Below, piece after piece: positions 54,962 through 64,000 of a stretch of 64,000 nucleotides of DNA. Numbering within the stretch: position 1 is the first letter of the stretch; every line of letters starts with the position of its first letter. The translations under genes were made by a program, and so were the position numbers. The DNA lies in contig JAGCCZ010000054.1 in the NCBI GenBank assembly GCA_017651425.1, forward strand, positions 11,198-75,197, in the 5' to 3' direction. The stretch comes from Bacteroidales bacterium (GTDB taxonomy: Bacteria > Bacteroidota > Bacteroidia > Bacteroidales > WCHB1-69). The notes beneath the pieces were generated by a model. It was given only the letters and a program-made list of their open reading frames with translations, was not told the origin of the DNA and ran no database searches.

Positions 54962-57118
54962 ATGGAACTATTAGCAAAGAAAATATTGGAGGCCCTCGCC
55001 TCCGGCAAAAACGAAAAACTGAACTACAAGCAAATCGCCGCCAAGGTCAACATTTACGACAAAAAAGGTCGTGAGCAGGTGAAGCTGCAAATCGACCGTC
55101 TTGTGGAAGCCAAGTTGCTGCTCAAGGCCGGACGCGGCAAATATCGTCTGAATCACAAGCAGCTGCAGGGCAAAGATGTCAACCGCAACTATGTGGTCGG
55201 CCGTATTGAGATGAAGCGTAGCGGCATGTCCTTCGTCATCCCGCAAAACGACCCGAATGACTCGCCCGACGAATCGCAGGCAGAGGACATCTTCATCGCC
55301 GACGGCAACCTGGGCAACGCGCTCAACAACGACCTCGTCAAGGTGGCGCTCTTCCCCACCCGCCGGGGCAAGCGTCCCGAGGGGCAGGTCGTGGAGGTGC
55401 TCGAGCGCAGTCGCAAACAGCTCGTGGGCACCATCTCCATCCGCAAGGGCGTGGCCTACTTCATCCCCGACAACGTCTTCTTCCGCCGCGACATCATCAT
55501 ACCCGGCCGCCTGCTGCGCAAGGCCAAGAGCGGCGAGAAAGTGGTCGTCGTCATCGTGGACTGGCCCAACGGCACGCGCAGTCCCCTCGGCGAAGTGATC
55601 CACGTGCTCGGCAAGCCCGGCAACAACGACGTGGAGATGATGGCCATCCTCGCCGAGAACGACTTCCCGCTCAAGTTCCCCAAGGAGGTCGAGGAGGAGG
55701 CCAACAGCATCCCCACGGAGATTTCGGCCAAAGAGCTCAAGCAGCGCCGCGACTTCCGCGATGTCATCACCTTCACCATCGACCCTGCCGACGCCAAGGA
55801 CTTCGACGACGCCATCTCCTACGAGAAACTCGACAACGGCCTGTACCGCATCGGCATCCACATCGCCGACGTCTCCTACTACGTGCGCCCCGGCACCGCC
55901 CTCGACAAGGAGGCCTACGAGCGCGCCACGTCTGTCTATCTGGTCGATCGCACCATCCCGATGCTCCCCGAGGCGCTTTCCAACAACCTCTGCTCGCTGC
56001 GGCCCCACGAGGACAAGCTCTGCTACAGCGCCGTCTTCGACCTCGACGACAACGCCAAAGTCCACAAGGAGTGGTTCGGCCACACCGTCATCAACTCCGA
56101 CCACCGCCTCGACTACGAGCAGGCCCAGCAGGTGATTGACACCGGCGAGGGCGTCCTCTCCGACGTGCTGCCCAAGCTCAACGAATTGGCCCAGATTATG
56201 CGCAAGAAGCGCTTCGACAACAACGCCATCAACTTCGAGACCGAGGAGGTGAAATTCAAGCTCGACGAGAGCGGCCACCCCATCGGCGTCTATCTCAAGG
56301 TGCAGAAGGAGGCCAACTGGCTCATCGAGGAGTTTATGCTCCTGGCCAACAAGCGCGTGGCCGAGAAGGTGGGCCGCAAACGACTCACCGGCAAGGAGCC
56401 CAACGTGTTCGTGTATCGTATCCACGACAAGCCCCTGGACGAGAAAATCGACACCTTCAAGAACTTTGTCAAGAAGTTGGGCTTCGACCTCAAGACCAAC
56501 ACGCCCAAGGCGCTCAGCAGCTCGCTCAACGATATGCTGGAGAAGCAGAAGGGGCACGCCGACTACGATATGCTCAGCAAGTTGGCCATCCGCACGATGG
56601 CCCGCGCCTGCTACTCCACCGACAACATCGGCCACTACGGGCTGGCCTTCCCCTACTACACGCACTTCACCTCCCCCATCCGCCGCTATCCCGACCTGAT
56701 GGTACACCGCCTCCTCGACCGCTACTTGGCCAACGGCGAGTCGGTCAAGAAAGAGGAGTACGAAGAGTACTGCAAGCACTGTTCGCAGATGGAGCACCAG
56801 GCCACCGAAGCCGAGCGCACCTCCATCAAGTACAAGCAGGCCGAGTACCTGGCCGACAAGGTGGGCGAAACCTTCGACGCCACCGTCTCCGGCGTCTCCA
56901 AGTGGGGCATTTATGCTGAACTATCCGAGTCCAAGTGCGAGGGGCTCATCTCCATGCGCACCCTCAACGACGACTTCTACTATATTGACGAAGAGAACTA
57001 CACGCTTGTCGGGTTGCACCACGGCCGTTCGTTGCGCTTCGGCGACAAGCTCAAGGTGCGCGTTGTGGCCGTTGACCTCCTCAAGAAGCAGATGGACTTT
57101 GAATGGGTGAAGGAGTAA
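54962..57118 (+). CDS. rnr: ribonuclease R
   Basis: 718 aa. N-terminal HTH/cold-shock-like domains, the RNB domain (TIDPADAKDFDDA, HYGLAFPYYTHFTSPIRRYPDL) and a C-terminal S1 domain. Confidence 0.95.
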   Translation: MELLAKKILEALASGKNEKLNYKQIAAKVNIYDKKGREQVKLQIDRLVEAKLLLKAGRGKYRLNHKQLQGKDVNRNYVVGRIEMKRSGMSFVIPQNDPNDSPDESQAEDIFIADGNLGNALNNDLVKVALFPTRRGKRPEGQVVEVLERSRKQLVGTISIRKGVAYFIPDNVFFRRDIIIPGRLLRKAKSGEKVVVVIVDWPNGTRSPLGEVIHVLGKPGNNDVEMMAILAENDFPLKFPKEVEEEANSIPTEISAKELKQRRDFRDVITFTIDPADAKDFDDAISYEKLDNGLYRIGIHIADVSYYVRPGTALDKEAYERATSVYLVDRTIPMLPEALSNNLCSLRPHEDKLCYSAVFDLDDNAKVHKEWFGHTVINSDHRLDYEQAQQVIDTGEGVLSDVLPKLNELAQIMRKKRFDNNAINFETEEVKFKLDESGHPIGVYLKVQKEANWLIEEFMLLANKRVAEKVGRKRLTGKEPNVFVYRIHDKPLDEKIDTFKNFVKKLGFDLKTNTPKALSSSLNDMLEKQKGHADYDMLSKLAIRTMARACYSTDNIGHYGLAFPYYTHFTSPIRRYPDLMVHRLLDRYLANGESVKKEEYEEYCKHCSQMEHQATEAERTSIKYKQAEYLADKVGETFDATVSGVSKWGIYAELSESKCEGLISMRTLNDDFYYIDEENYTLVGLHHGRSLRFGDKLKVRVVAVDLLKKQMDFEWVKE

Positions 57119-57510
57119 CGCACAGCCTCCTCTTCGCGCTCCTTTTCGTGTGGCAGTTGCCCCAGAATCTGGTGGCATTGGCCATAATGCCCTTTCTGGG
57201 CAAGTTGCGGATGGTGACGTGCCGCAACTACTGTATCGGTCTGGCGGGCAAGCGTTTCCCGGAGAGGGCCGGCGGCATCTCCTTGGGCAACTTCGCCTTC
57301 TTCCACCCCGACACGGCGCACGACGAGTTCACCATCCGCCACGAGATGGACGGGCACACCGTCGACTCCAAGATTTTCGGTCCCCTGTACCTCCTCGTCA
57401 TCGGCATCCTCTCCATATTACATATAATATTTATGAAGAAAGGAGGCCGCTACTATGATTTCTACACCGAACGCTGGCCCAACAAGCACGCGGGAATCTT
57501 TAAGAATTGA
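57103..57510 (+). CDS. hypothetical small membrane protein
   Basis: 135-aa ORF whose ATG overlaps the last 16 nt of rnr. Host-like GC, two or three hydrophobic segments and a HEMDGH motif. No family recognised. Confidence 0.45.
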   Translation: MGEGVTHSLLFALLFVWQLPQNLVALAIMPFLGKLRMVTCRNYCIGLAGKRFPERAGGISLGNFAFFHPDTAHDEFTIRHEMDGHTVDSKIFGPLYLLVIGILSILHIIFMKKGGRYYDFYTERWPNKHAGIFKN

Positions 57511-57559
57511 GAGTGGAGAGTGGAGAATGAAGAGTTAAGAATGGAGGATTGGGGGTTGA
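57511..57559 (+). repeat. degenerate purine-rich heptad array (GAGTGGA GAGTGGA GAATGAA GAGTTAA GAATGGA GGATTGG GGGTTGA)
   Basis: Read directly. It starts at the base after the TGA at 57508-57510 and sits where composition changes from GC-rich to AT-rich. Confidence 0.8.
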
Positions 57560-57623
57560 TGGTGCATTTTCCCCCGACTGTCAATTATCCACACAAAAGT
57601 GACAAATTTTGGTGGTTTTTTGT

Positions 57624-57631
57624 TATTTTTG
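57624..57631 (+). promoter_or_regulatory. Bacteroidota -7 promoter box (TATTTTTG)
   Basis: Matches TAnnTTTG, 27 nt upstream of the ATG at 57658. Confidence 0.45.
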
Positions 57632-57657
57632 CACTCGTTTTAGTAAGAGCCAAAATA

Positions 57658-58326
57658 ATGAAAGAAGACACCCTCCAAGGTTACGTCTATATCCTCACCA
57701 ATCCCAGTTTTAAGGAGGATTGGGTGAAGATTGGCAAGAGTTCACGCCCGGTGGATATCCGCTCAAAAGAGTTGGACAACACAGCAGTGCCACTTCCATT
57801 CGACATTTATGCCACGATGAAAACTGTCAAATATGGTGAAGTTGAGAAGTTGGTGCATAAGACGATAGACCGTCTCACCGACTTGCGCATACGTCAGAAC
57901 AGAGAGTTTTTCAATGTTGACCCACAGGTGGCACTGGACATTTTTATGGATATAGCCTGTGCGATTGAGGACGCCGTCATTATGCGGTATGATGCAGATA
58001 AGCCTTATCAGATTTATCCAATTGAGGAAGGTCAAACAATCAAAGAGAAGGAAGAGAAGAAGGAAATCCGCAAAGCTTTTGATTTCAGCATGATTGGCCT
58101 GAATGTTGGTGACACTGTCATATTCGATGCACTGAACCTCCCTGTGAAAGTAGCAGGCAAAAACAAGGTGGAATACGAGGGGCGCCTTTGGAGCCTTTCC
58201 GCTTTCTGCGGCACCTACCTGCCCGAAGAAATGCACAACAAGAGCGAATCTTACCAAGGCCCGAAGTATTTCAGCTATCAAGGAAAGACGTTGTGGGAGA
58301 TTAGATTGGAAAGGGAGAAAGAATAA
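57658..58326 (+). CDS. T5orf172/MUG113-type GIY-YIG-superfamily domain protein with uncharacterised C-terminal domain
   Basis: ATG at 57658 inside ORF 57520..58326. GYVYILTNPSFKEDWVKIGKSSRPVDIRSKELDNTAVPLPFDIYA...EVEKLVHKTI...REFFNV fits the T5orf172 pattern. A lysine/glutamate-rich linker and a C-terminal domain of about 80 aa follow. Confidence 0.7.
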   Translation: MKEDTLQGYVYILTNPSFKEDWVKIGKSSRPVDIRSKELDNTAVPLPFDIYATMKTVKYGEVEKLVHKTIDRLTDLRIRQNREFFNVDPQVALDIFMDIACAIEDAVIMRYDADKPYQIYPIEEGQTIKEKEEKKEIRKAFDFSMIGLNVGDTVIFDALNLPVKVAGKNKVEYEGRLWSLSAFCGTYLPEEMHNKSESYQGPKYFSYQGKTLWEIRLEREKE

Positions 58327-58369
58327 TTTTTTTGTAGAACAACTTCCGATAATATAAATTATCACGAAT

Positions 58370-61090
58370 ATGACACCAGAAGAAAAAGCGAGGGTCAAAA
58401 TCGACAAAATGTTTGAGGATGCCGGTTGGCAGGTCGTTAGCCGGGATGAATACACCCCTAATCTGACTGCTGCTGCGATTAAAGAAGGTTTGCTTAAACA
58501 TAATCTTGAGGCTGATTATTTCTTGTTTATCAATGGCAAGGCCGTTGGTGTGCTTGAGGCAAAAAGAGCTGAGATTGATGTAGATTGTGACGAAGTTAAA
58601 GGTCAGGCAGAGAAGTATGTAAACAATGTGCCGCCGATTTATGCCGCTTACGAGAAACCTTTGAGGATTATCTATCTTTCTAATGGTGAAAAGGTTCTGT
58701 TTTACGATTATGCTAAAAAAGACGGAAATTATATCGAAATAAACCGCATCCATACTCCCAAAGAGATTGTTGACATTTTGAGCATAGATGATTTTTATGC
58801 AGGATTGCCCACATTACAGAAAAAGGGATTAAGACAATGTCAATTTGATGCCATAAAAGGTTTGGAGGAAAGCTTCAGAAACGGACAAAAACGGGCTTTA
58901 ATGGTTTTGGCGACAGGTGCAGGTAAGACTTATGCCGCTTGTCTTGCCGCTTATCGCTTCCTGTCCTATACGCCAATGCGGAAAGCGCTGTTCTTGGTTG
59001 ACCGTAACAATTTGGGCAAGCAGGCTGAAGGTGAGTTTGGGACATTCAGACTTACTGAAAACAAAGAACCGTTCAACACTATTTTTGGTGTCAATCGTTT
59101 GAAATCAGCAAAGATACCATCAGACAGCAATGTTGTTATTTCCACAATTCAACGATTATTTTCATTGCTGAAGGGCGACGATGTTGATGATAATGACGAA
59201 GAGAGTGCTTTTGACGATAATGAGGACAATGTGGTGAGTCTGCCGACCAATCCATTGCTTCCGCCCGATTATTTCGATTTGATCATCATTGACGAGTGCC
59301 ATCGATCTATCTATGGTAATTGGAGACAGGTATTGGATTATTTCAAAACAGCCAAAATCATTGGCTTGACAGCCACTCCAATCCCTGAGACTGTTGCGTT
59401 TTTCAATAATAATATTGTTGTCAACTACACATTGGAAGATTCCATTAAAGATGGCGTGAATGTTGATCACCGCACTTTCAGGATTCGCACTGAAGTGACT
59501 GAAAACGGTGGTGCTATTCTCCAAGGTGATAAAACTCGTCAAACTACAGTATATACTGGGAAAACGGAAAATGTTGTCTGGCAGGAGAACAAGAATTATA
59601 CCCGAGAGGAATTAAACAGAAGTATCATCAATCCTGCACAAATCAAGTTGATTTTGGAAACCTATCGTGATTCTGTTTATACCGAAATGTTTGTTGACCC
59701 ACAGCGTGAACCAAATTTCGACTATCTGCCAAAGACATTGATTTTCGCATTGAATGAAAATCACGCTAACAATATCGTGAAGATTGCAAAAGATGTCTTC
59801 AATAGGCACGATGATAAATTTGTGCAGAAAATCACTTATTCTGTAGGTGACAGCAACGCTTTGATACGGCAATTTCGTAACGATAAGGATTTTCGCATAG
59901 CGGTTACGTGTACGCTGGTGGCCACAGGCACAGATGTCAAGCCCTTGGAAGTTCTGATATTTATGCGTGATGTGGCGTCAGAACCATTGTTTGTCCAAAT
60001 GAAAGGCAGAGGAGTGCGTACGATTGGCGATGAACAGTTGAGGAATGTTACGCCAAACGCCATTAGCAAAGACTGTTTTTATCTTGTTGATGCCGTTGGT
60101 GTTACGGAAAGACAAAAGTCGGTGCCCAAACCAGGAAATGGACCGAAACCAGTTCCGCCCACGTTGAAAGAATTGTTGGAGTTGCTTGCACATGGCAATT
60201 TGGAAGATGATAATTTGCGGATGTTGGCGAGTCGCTTGTCAAGAATCCATAATAAATGTACGGATTCTCAAAGAGAAGAATTTGCGAATCTGGCGCATAT
60301 AACGATGAGCCAACTTGCAACGGACATCTTTAATGCTTTGGAAGACACATCGTTTGCTCCTTTTGTGGACATTAACGCCCCCAATGTTGAGCGCAAAACA
60401 TTGATTGCATTACTGATCAACAATGTGCCAGCCCGAAACTATCTTCTGATTGTGAATGCAGGATTTATCAATACGCTTATGCCGGGCGAAGACAATCTCA
60501 TATACAGTGGGTTTTCGAGAGAAGAGGCGATTGCTACCACATCCGCGTTTGAGGAGTATTGTAACGAACACAAGGATGAAATAGAAGCGTTGCGTATCAT
60601 TTATAATAATGATGGCGCTCCGATTTCTTTCAAGATGCTCAAGGACTTGCAGACCCGTATGAAAGCATTTAATAACAAGTTTACCATTGCCAATCTTTGG
60701 CATTCTTATTCTGTGGTTGACATCAAAAACGTAGCGGTTTATAATGGCGCTGACCAGAAAAACGAGAAGGAAGCACTCACAAACCTCATTCAGTTGGTGC
60801 GGTTCGCATGGCATAAGATTGCACGGTTGGAAAGTTTATGTACGGGTGCTCAACAGCGTTTTAATTTGTGGTATGGTCAGATGCAGCGCGATATTACAGC
60901 AGAACAGATTAAATTGATGCGTCAGATTGTCGATTATATTGCGGCCAACGGAACGTGTCAGATTTCAGATATTAAAGATTATGACAAAACATTTGCGGCG
61001 CAGCTCATTTCGGAATACAAGGGCTTGGACAAAGCAAATGAGGCATTGGAATCGTTATCAAGATTTATTATTTATAGAAAAGCAGCGTAA
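58370..61090 (+). CDS. hsdR: type I restriction endonuclease R subunit (EcoEI/EcoAI-like, type IB-looking)
   Basis: 906 aa. N-terminal PD-(D/E)xK region (EADYFLFINGKAVGVLEAKRAE). SF2 motifs LATGAGKTY, IIIDECHRS, GLTATP, TGTDVKP and QMKGRGVR. The long helical C-terminus resembles the EcoEI R C-terminal domain. Confidence 0.85.
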   Translation: MTPEEKARVKIDKMFEDAGWQVVSRDEYTPNLTAAAIKEGLLKHNLEADYFLFINGKAVGVLEAKRAEIDVDCDEVKGQAEKYVNNVPPIYAAYEKPLRIIYLSNGEKVLFYDYAKKDGNYIEINRIHTPKEIVDILSIDDFYAGLPTLQKKGLRQCQFDAIKGLEESFRNGQKRALMVLATGAGKTYAACLAAYRFLSYTPMRKALFLVDRNNLGKQAEGEFGTFRLTENKEPFNTIFGVNRLKSAKIPSDSNVVISTIQRLFSLLKGDDVDDNDEESAFDDNEDNVVSLPTNPLLPPDYFDLIIIDECHRSIYGNWRQVLDYFKTAKIIGLTATPIPETVAFFNNNIVVNYTLEDSIKDGVNVDHRTFRIRTEVTENGGAILQGDKTRQTTVYTGKTENVVWQENKNYTREELNRSIINPAQIKLILETYRDSVYTEMFVDPQREPNFDYLPKTLIFALNENHANNIVKIAKDVFNRHDDKFVQKITYSVGDSNALIRQFRNDKDFRIAVTCTLVATGTDVKPLEVLIFMRDVASEPLFVQMKGRGVRTIGDEQLRNVTPNAISKDCFYLVDAVGVTERQKSVPKPGNGPKPVPPTLKELLELLAHGNLEDDNLRMLASRLSRIHNKCTDSQREEFANLAHITMSQLATDIFNALEDTSFAPFVDINAPNVERKTLIALLINNVPARNYLLIVNAGFINTLMPGEDNLIYSGFSREEAIATTSAFEEYCNEHKDEIEALRIIYNNDGAPISFKMLKDLQTRMKAFNNKFTIANLWHSYSVVDIKNVAVYNGADQKNEKEALTNLIQLVRFAWHKIARLESLCTGAQQRFNLWYGQMQRDITAEQIKLMRQIVDYIAANGTCQISDIKDYDKTFAAQLISEYKGLDKANEALESLSRFIIYRKAA

Positions 61091-62530
<1,440 letters not shown>

Positions 62531-62536
62531 AATTTG

Positions 62537-62544
62537 TATTTTTG
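62537..62544 (+). promoter_or_regulatory. Bacteroidota -7 promoter box (TATTTTTG) followed by a 7-bp inverted repeat (62546-62566)
   Basis: Matches TAnnTTTG, 39 nt upstream of the ATG at 62583. atttcct/aggaaat arms flank a 7-nt spacer immediately downstream. Confidence 0.45.
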
Positions 62545-62582
62545 CATTTCCTAAGCCATAGGAAATTGAACATACAAAAAAA

Positions 62583-64000
62583 ATGGAGAATCTTGATTTA
62601 TTGGTAAAAGAGTTGAGCAAACTTCCGACTGAAGCCGGATGGGTAGAGTTCAAACATAATGACGATGAGCCTAAAACGATAGGGGAAGATATTAGCGCTT
62701 TGGCTAATAGCGCTCTCCTTGCTGACCACTCGCGTGCCTATATGATATGGGGGGTAGAAGATGGTACACATAACATTGTTGGCACAAACGTCAGGTTGAA
62801 CCAAGTGAAAAGAGGTAATCAGGAGTTGGAAAGCTGGTTACGGCAGCTCCTCTCCAAAAATGCGGATTTTGAATTTCATTCAGCAGAAGTTGAAGGAAAA
62901 CACGTTGAAGTTATTATCATCGCCAAAGCCGCGGGCATTCCTGTCACTTTTGAAAAAACAGGCTTTGTAAGGGTAGGCAGTTACACCAAAAAACTTAATG
63001 ATTTTCCAGCCATACAAGCCCAACTGTGGGACAAACTCAGGCATGAACAGTTTGAGGATGTTTTGGTTTCCACTAATCTAACATTACAGAATGTCATACG
63101 TTTGTTGAATTGTGAAGCATATTTTGACATTTTGCAAATACCTCTTCCTTCAAATTTTGAAGGTTACATCCACTATTTTGCTGAAGACGGCCTTATTCAA
63201 AGGCAAGATAATGGATTGTATGCCATCACGAATTTGGGTGCCATACTGTTTGCAAAAAAATTATCAGACTTTCCCAGATTGGGGCGAAAAGCGATAAGGG
63301 TTATTCAATATGACAATAACAGCAGACTTACCATTTTGAAAGAGGAGACCTTGACTGAAGGGTATGCTGTTAGTATGGAAAAGGCCGTGAAATACGTTAA
63401 TACAGTTTTGCCGACTAAAGAGGATCTCAGCTCTATTCAACTCGCGACAAACAGCACATTTCCATTACCAGCTATCAGGGAAGCTATCGCTAATGCCATC
63501 ATACACCAAGACTTTTTTATCACCGGAGCCGGGCCTGTCGTTGAAATTTTCACCAACCGGATAGAAGTGACGAATCCAGGAGTTCCGTTGGTGGAAATCA
63601 TGAGGATTGTTGACAATCCTCCAAAGTCAAGAAATGAGAAGCTTGCTGCGCTCATGCGAAGATTGCGGATGTGTGAGGAGCTTGGACGCGGTTGGGACAG
63701 AATGGTCATCAGTTGTGAGTTCCAACGGCTTCCAGCTCCACGAATCCAAATCTACCAAGATTCCACAAGAGTCTCCCTATTCTCTCATTTCAATTTCTCG
63801 AATTTGTCGATGGAGGATAGACTCTGGTCCACCTATATGCACGCCTGTGTACGCTATATTGAAGGAGAAACGCTGACTAATAGTTCGCTCAGAGAACGGT
63901 TTGGTTTGAAGGCATCCTCCGCTGGGATGATGTCTCGTTTGATTAAAGAAGCACAGGCTGAGAAGTTGCTTAAGCCCGTTGATCCTGAAACAGCTCCCCG
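62583..64000 (+). CDS. AlbA_2 (Schlafen-like DNA-binding) + HATPase_c_4-type ATP-binding protein, partial (3' end beyond window)
   Basis: Own translation from ATG at 62583: MENLDLLVKELSKLPTEAGWVEFKHNDDEP...AIREAIANAIIHQDFF...NPPKSRNEKLAALMRRL...GRGWDRM... The frame is open for 472 codons to the window end. It is missing from the ORF track because there is no stop in the window. Confidence 0.75.
   Translation, partial: MENLDLLVKELSKLPTEAGWVEFKHNDDEPKTIGEDISALANSALLADHSRAYMIWGVEDGTHNIVGTNVRLNQVKRGNQELESWLRQLLSKNADFEFHSAEVEGKHVEVIIIAKAAGIPVTFEKTGFVRVGSYTKKLNDFPAIQAQLWDKLRHEQFEDVLVSTNLTLQNVIRLLNCEAYFDILQIPLPSNFEGYIHYFAEDGLIQRQDNGLYAITNLGAILFAKKLSDFPRLGRKAIRVIQYDNNSRLTILKEETLTEGYAVSMEKAVKYVNTVLPTKEDLSSIQLATNSTFPLPAIREAIANAIIHQDFFITGAGPVVEIFTNRIEVTNPGVPLVEIMRIVDNPPKSRNEKLAALMRRLRMCEELGRGWDRMVISCEFQRLPAPRIQIYQDSTRVSLFSHFNFSNLSMEDRLWSTYMHACVRYIEGETLTNSSLRERFGLKASSAGMMSRLIKEAQAEKLLKPVDPETAP

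Noticed and set aside
54971-56797. 608-aa minus-strand ORF, the longest unexplained ORF in the track
   Set aside because: It is antisense to rnr across almost its full length. The product is a monotonous Val/Gly/Asp/Leu/His/Glu-rich sequence with no domain signature. The high GC content of rnr explains the lack of stops.
58301-58753. 150-aa minus-strand ORF overlapping the hsdR start
   Set aside because: It is antisense to the well-supported hsdR N-terminal nuclease domain. It is a chance ORF in AT-rich DNA.

Overview
The window looks like a chromosomal segment of a Bacteroidales (Bacteroidota) genome. Three things support this: TAnnTTTG '-7' promoter boxes sit 20-100 nt upstream of many start codons, Shine-Dalgarno sequences are almost absent, and the gene content includes a TonB-dependent receptor, PorV/PorQ-like and PorT-like barrels, and many lipoproteins. 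I call 53 protein-coding genes, mostly housekeeping: dnaE, crt-hbd, rocD, ddh, prs, prfB, recX, RNase G, HU, deoC, pyrF-pyrK-pyrD, cdd, argS, apbE and rnr. Two genes run off the window edges (1..1002 minus, 62583..64000 plus). The ORF track missed both because neither has a stop codon inside the window. I found no rRNA, tRNA, CRISPR array or IS element. Other points: prfB carries the classical programmed +1 frameshift, so the track shows it truncated. A 29-aa arginine/lysine-rich ORF lies between HU and RNase G and is too short for the track. Regions worth a second look: (a) 57.5-64 kb, a visibly AT-richer island holding a T5orf172/GIY-YIG-like gene, type I hsdR-hsdM, and an AlbA_2/ATPase gene where hsdS would be expected. 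(b) 15.8-21.3 kb, a surface-protein cluster made of an ArnT-like glycosyltransferase, a beta-helix lipoprotein, an outer-membrane barrel and a CotH kinase-fold lipoprotein. (c) A SusD-less TonB-receptor operon. (d) A tri-domain acyl-AMP ligase/ACP/acyltransferase. (e) A carboxyltransferase whose biotinyl-like domain lacks the MKM lysine. All family calls come from motif recognition by eye. No database search or computation was run.
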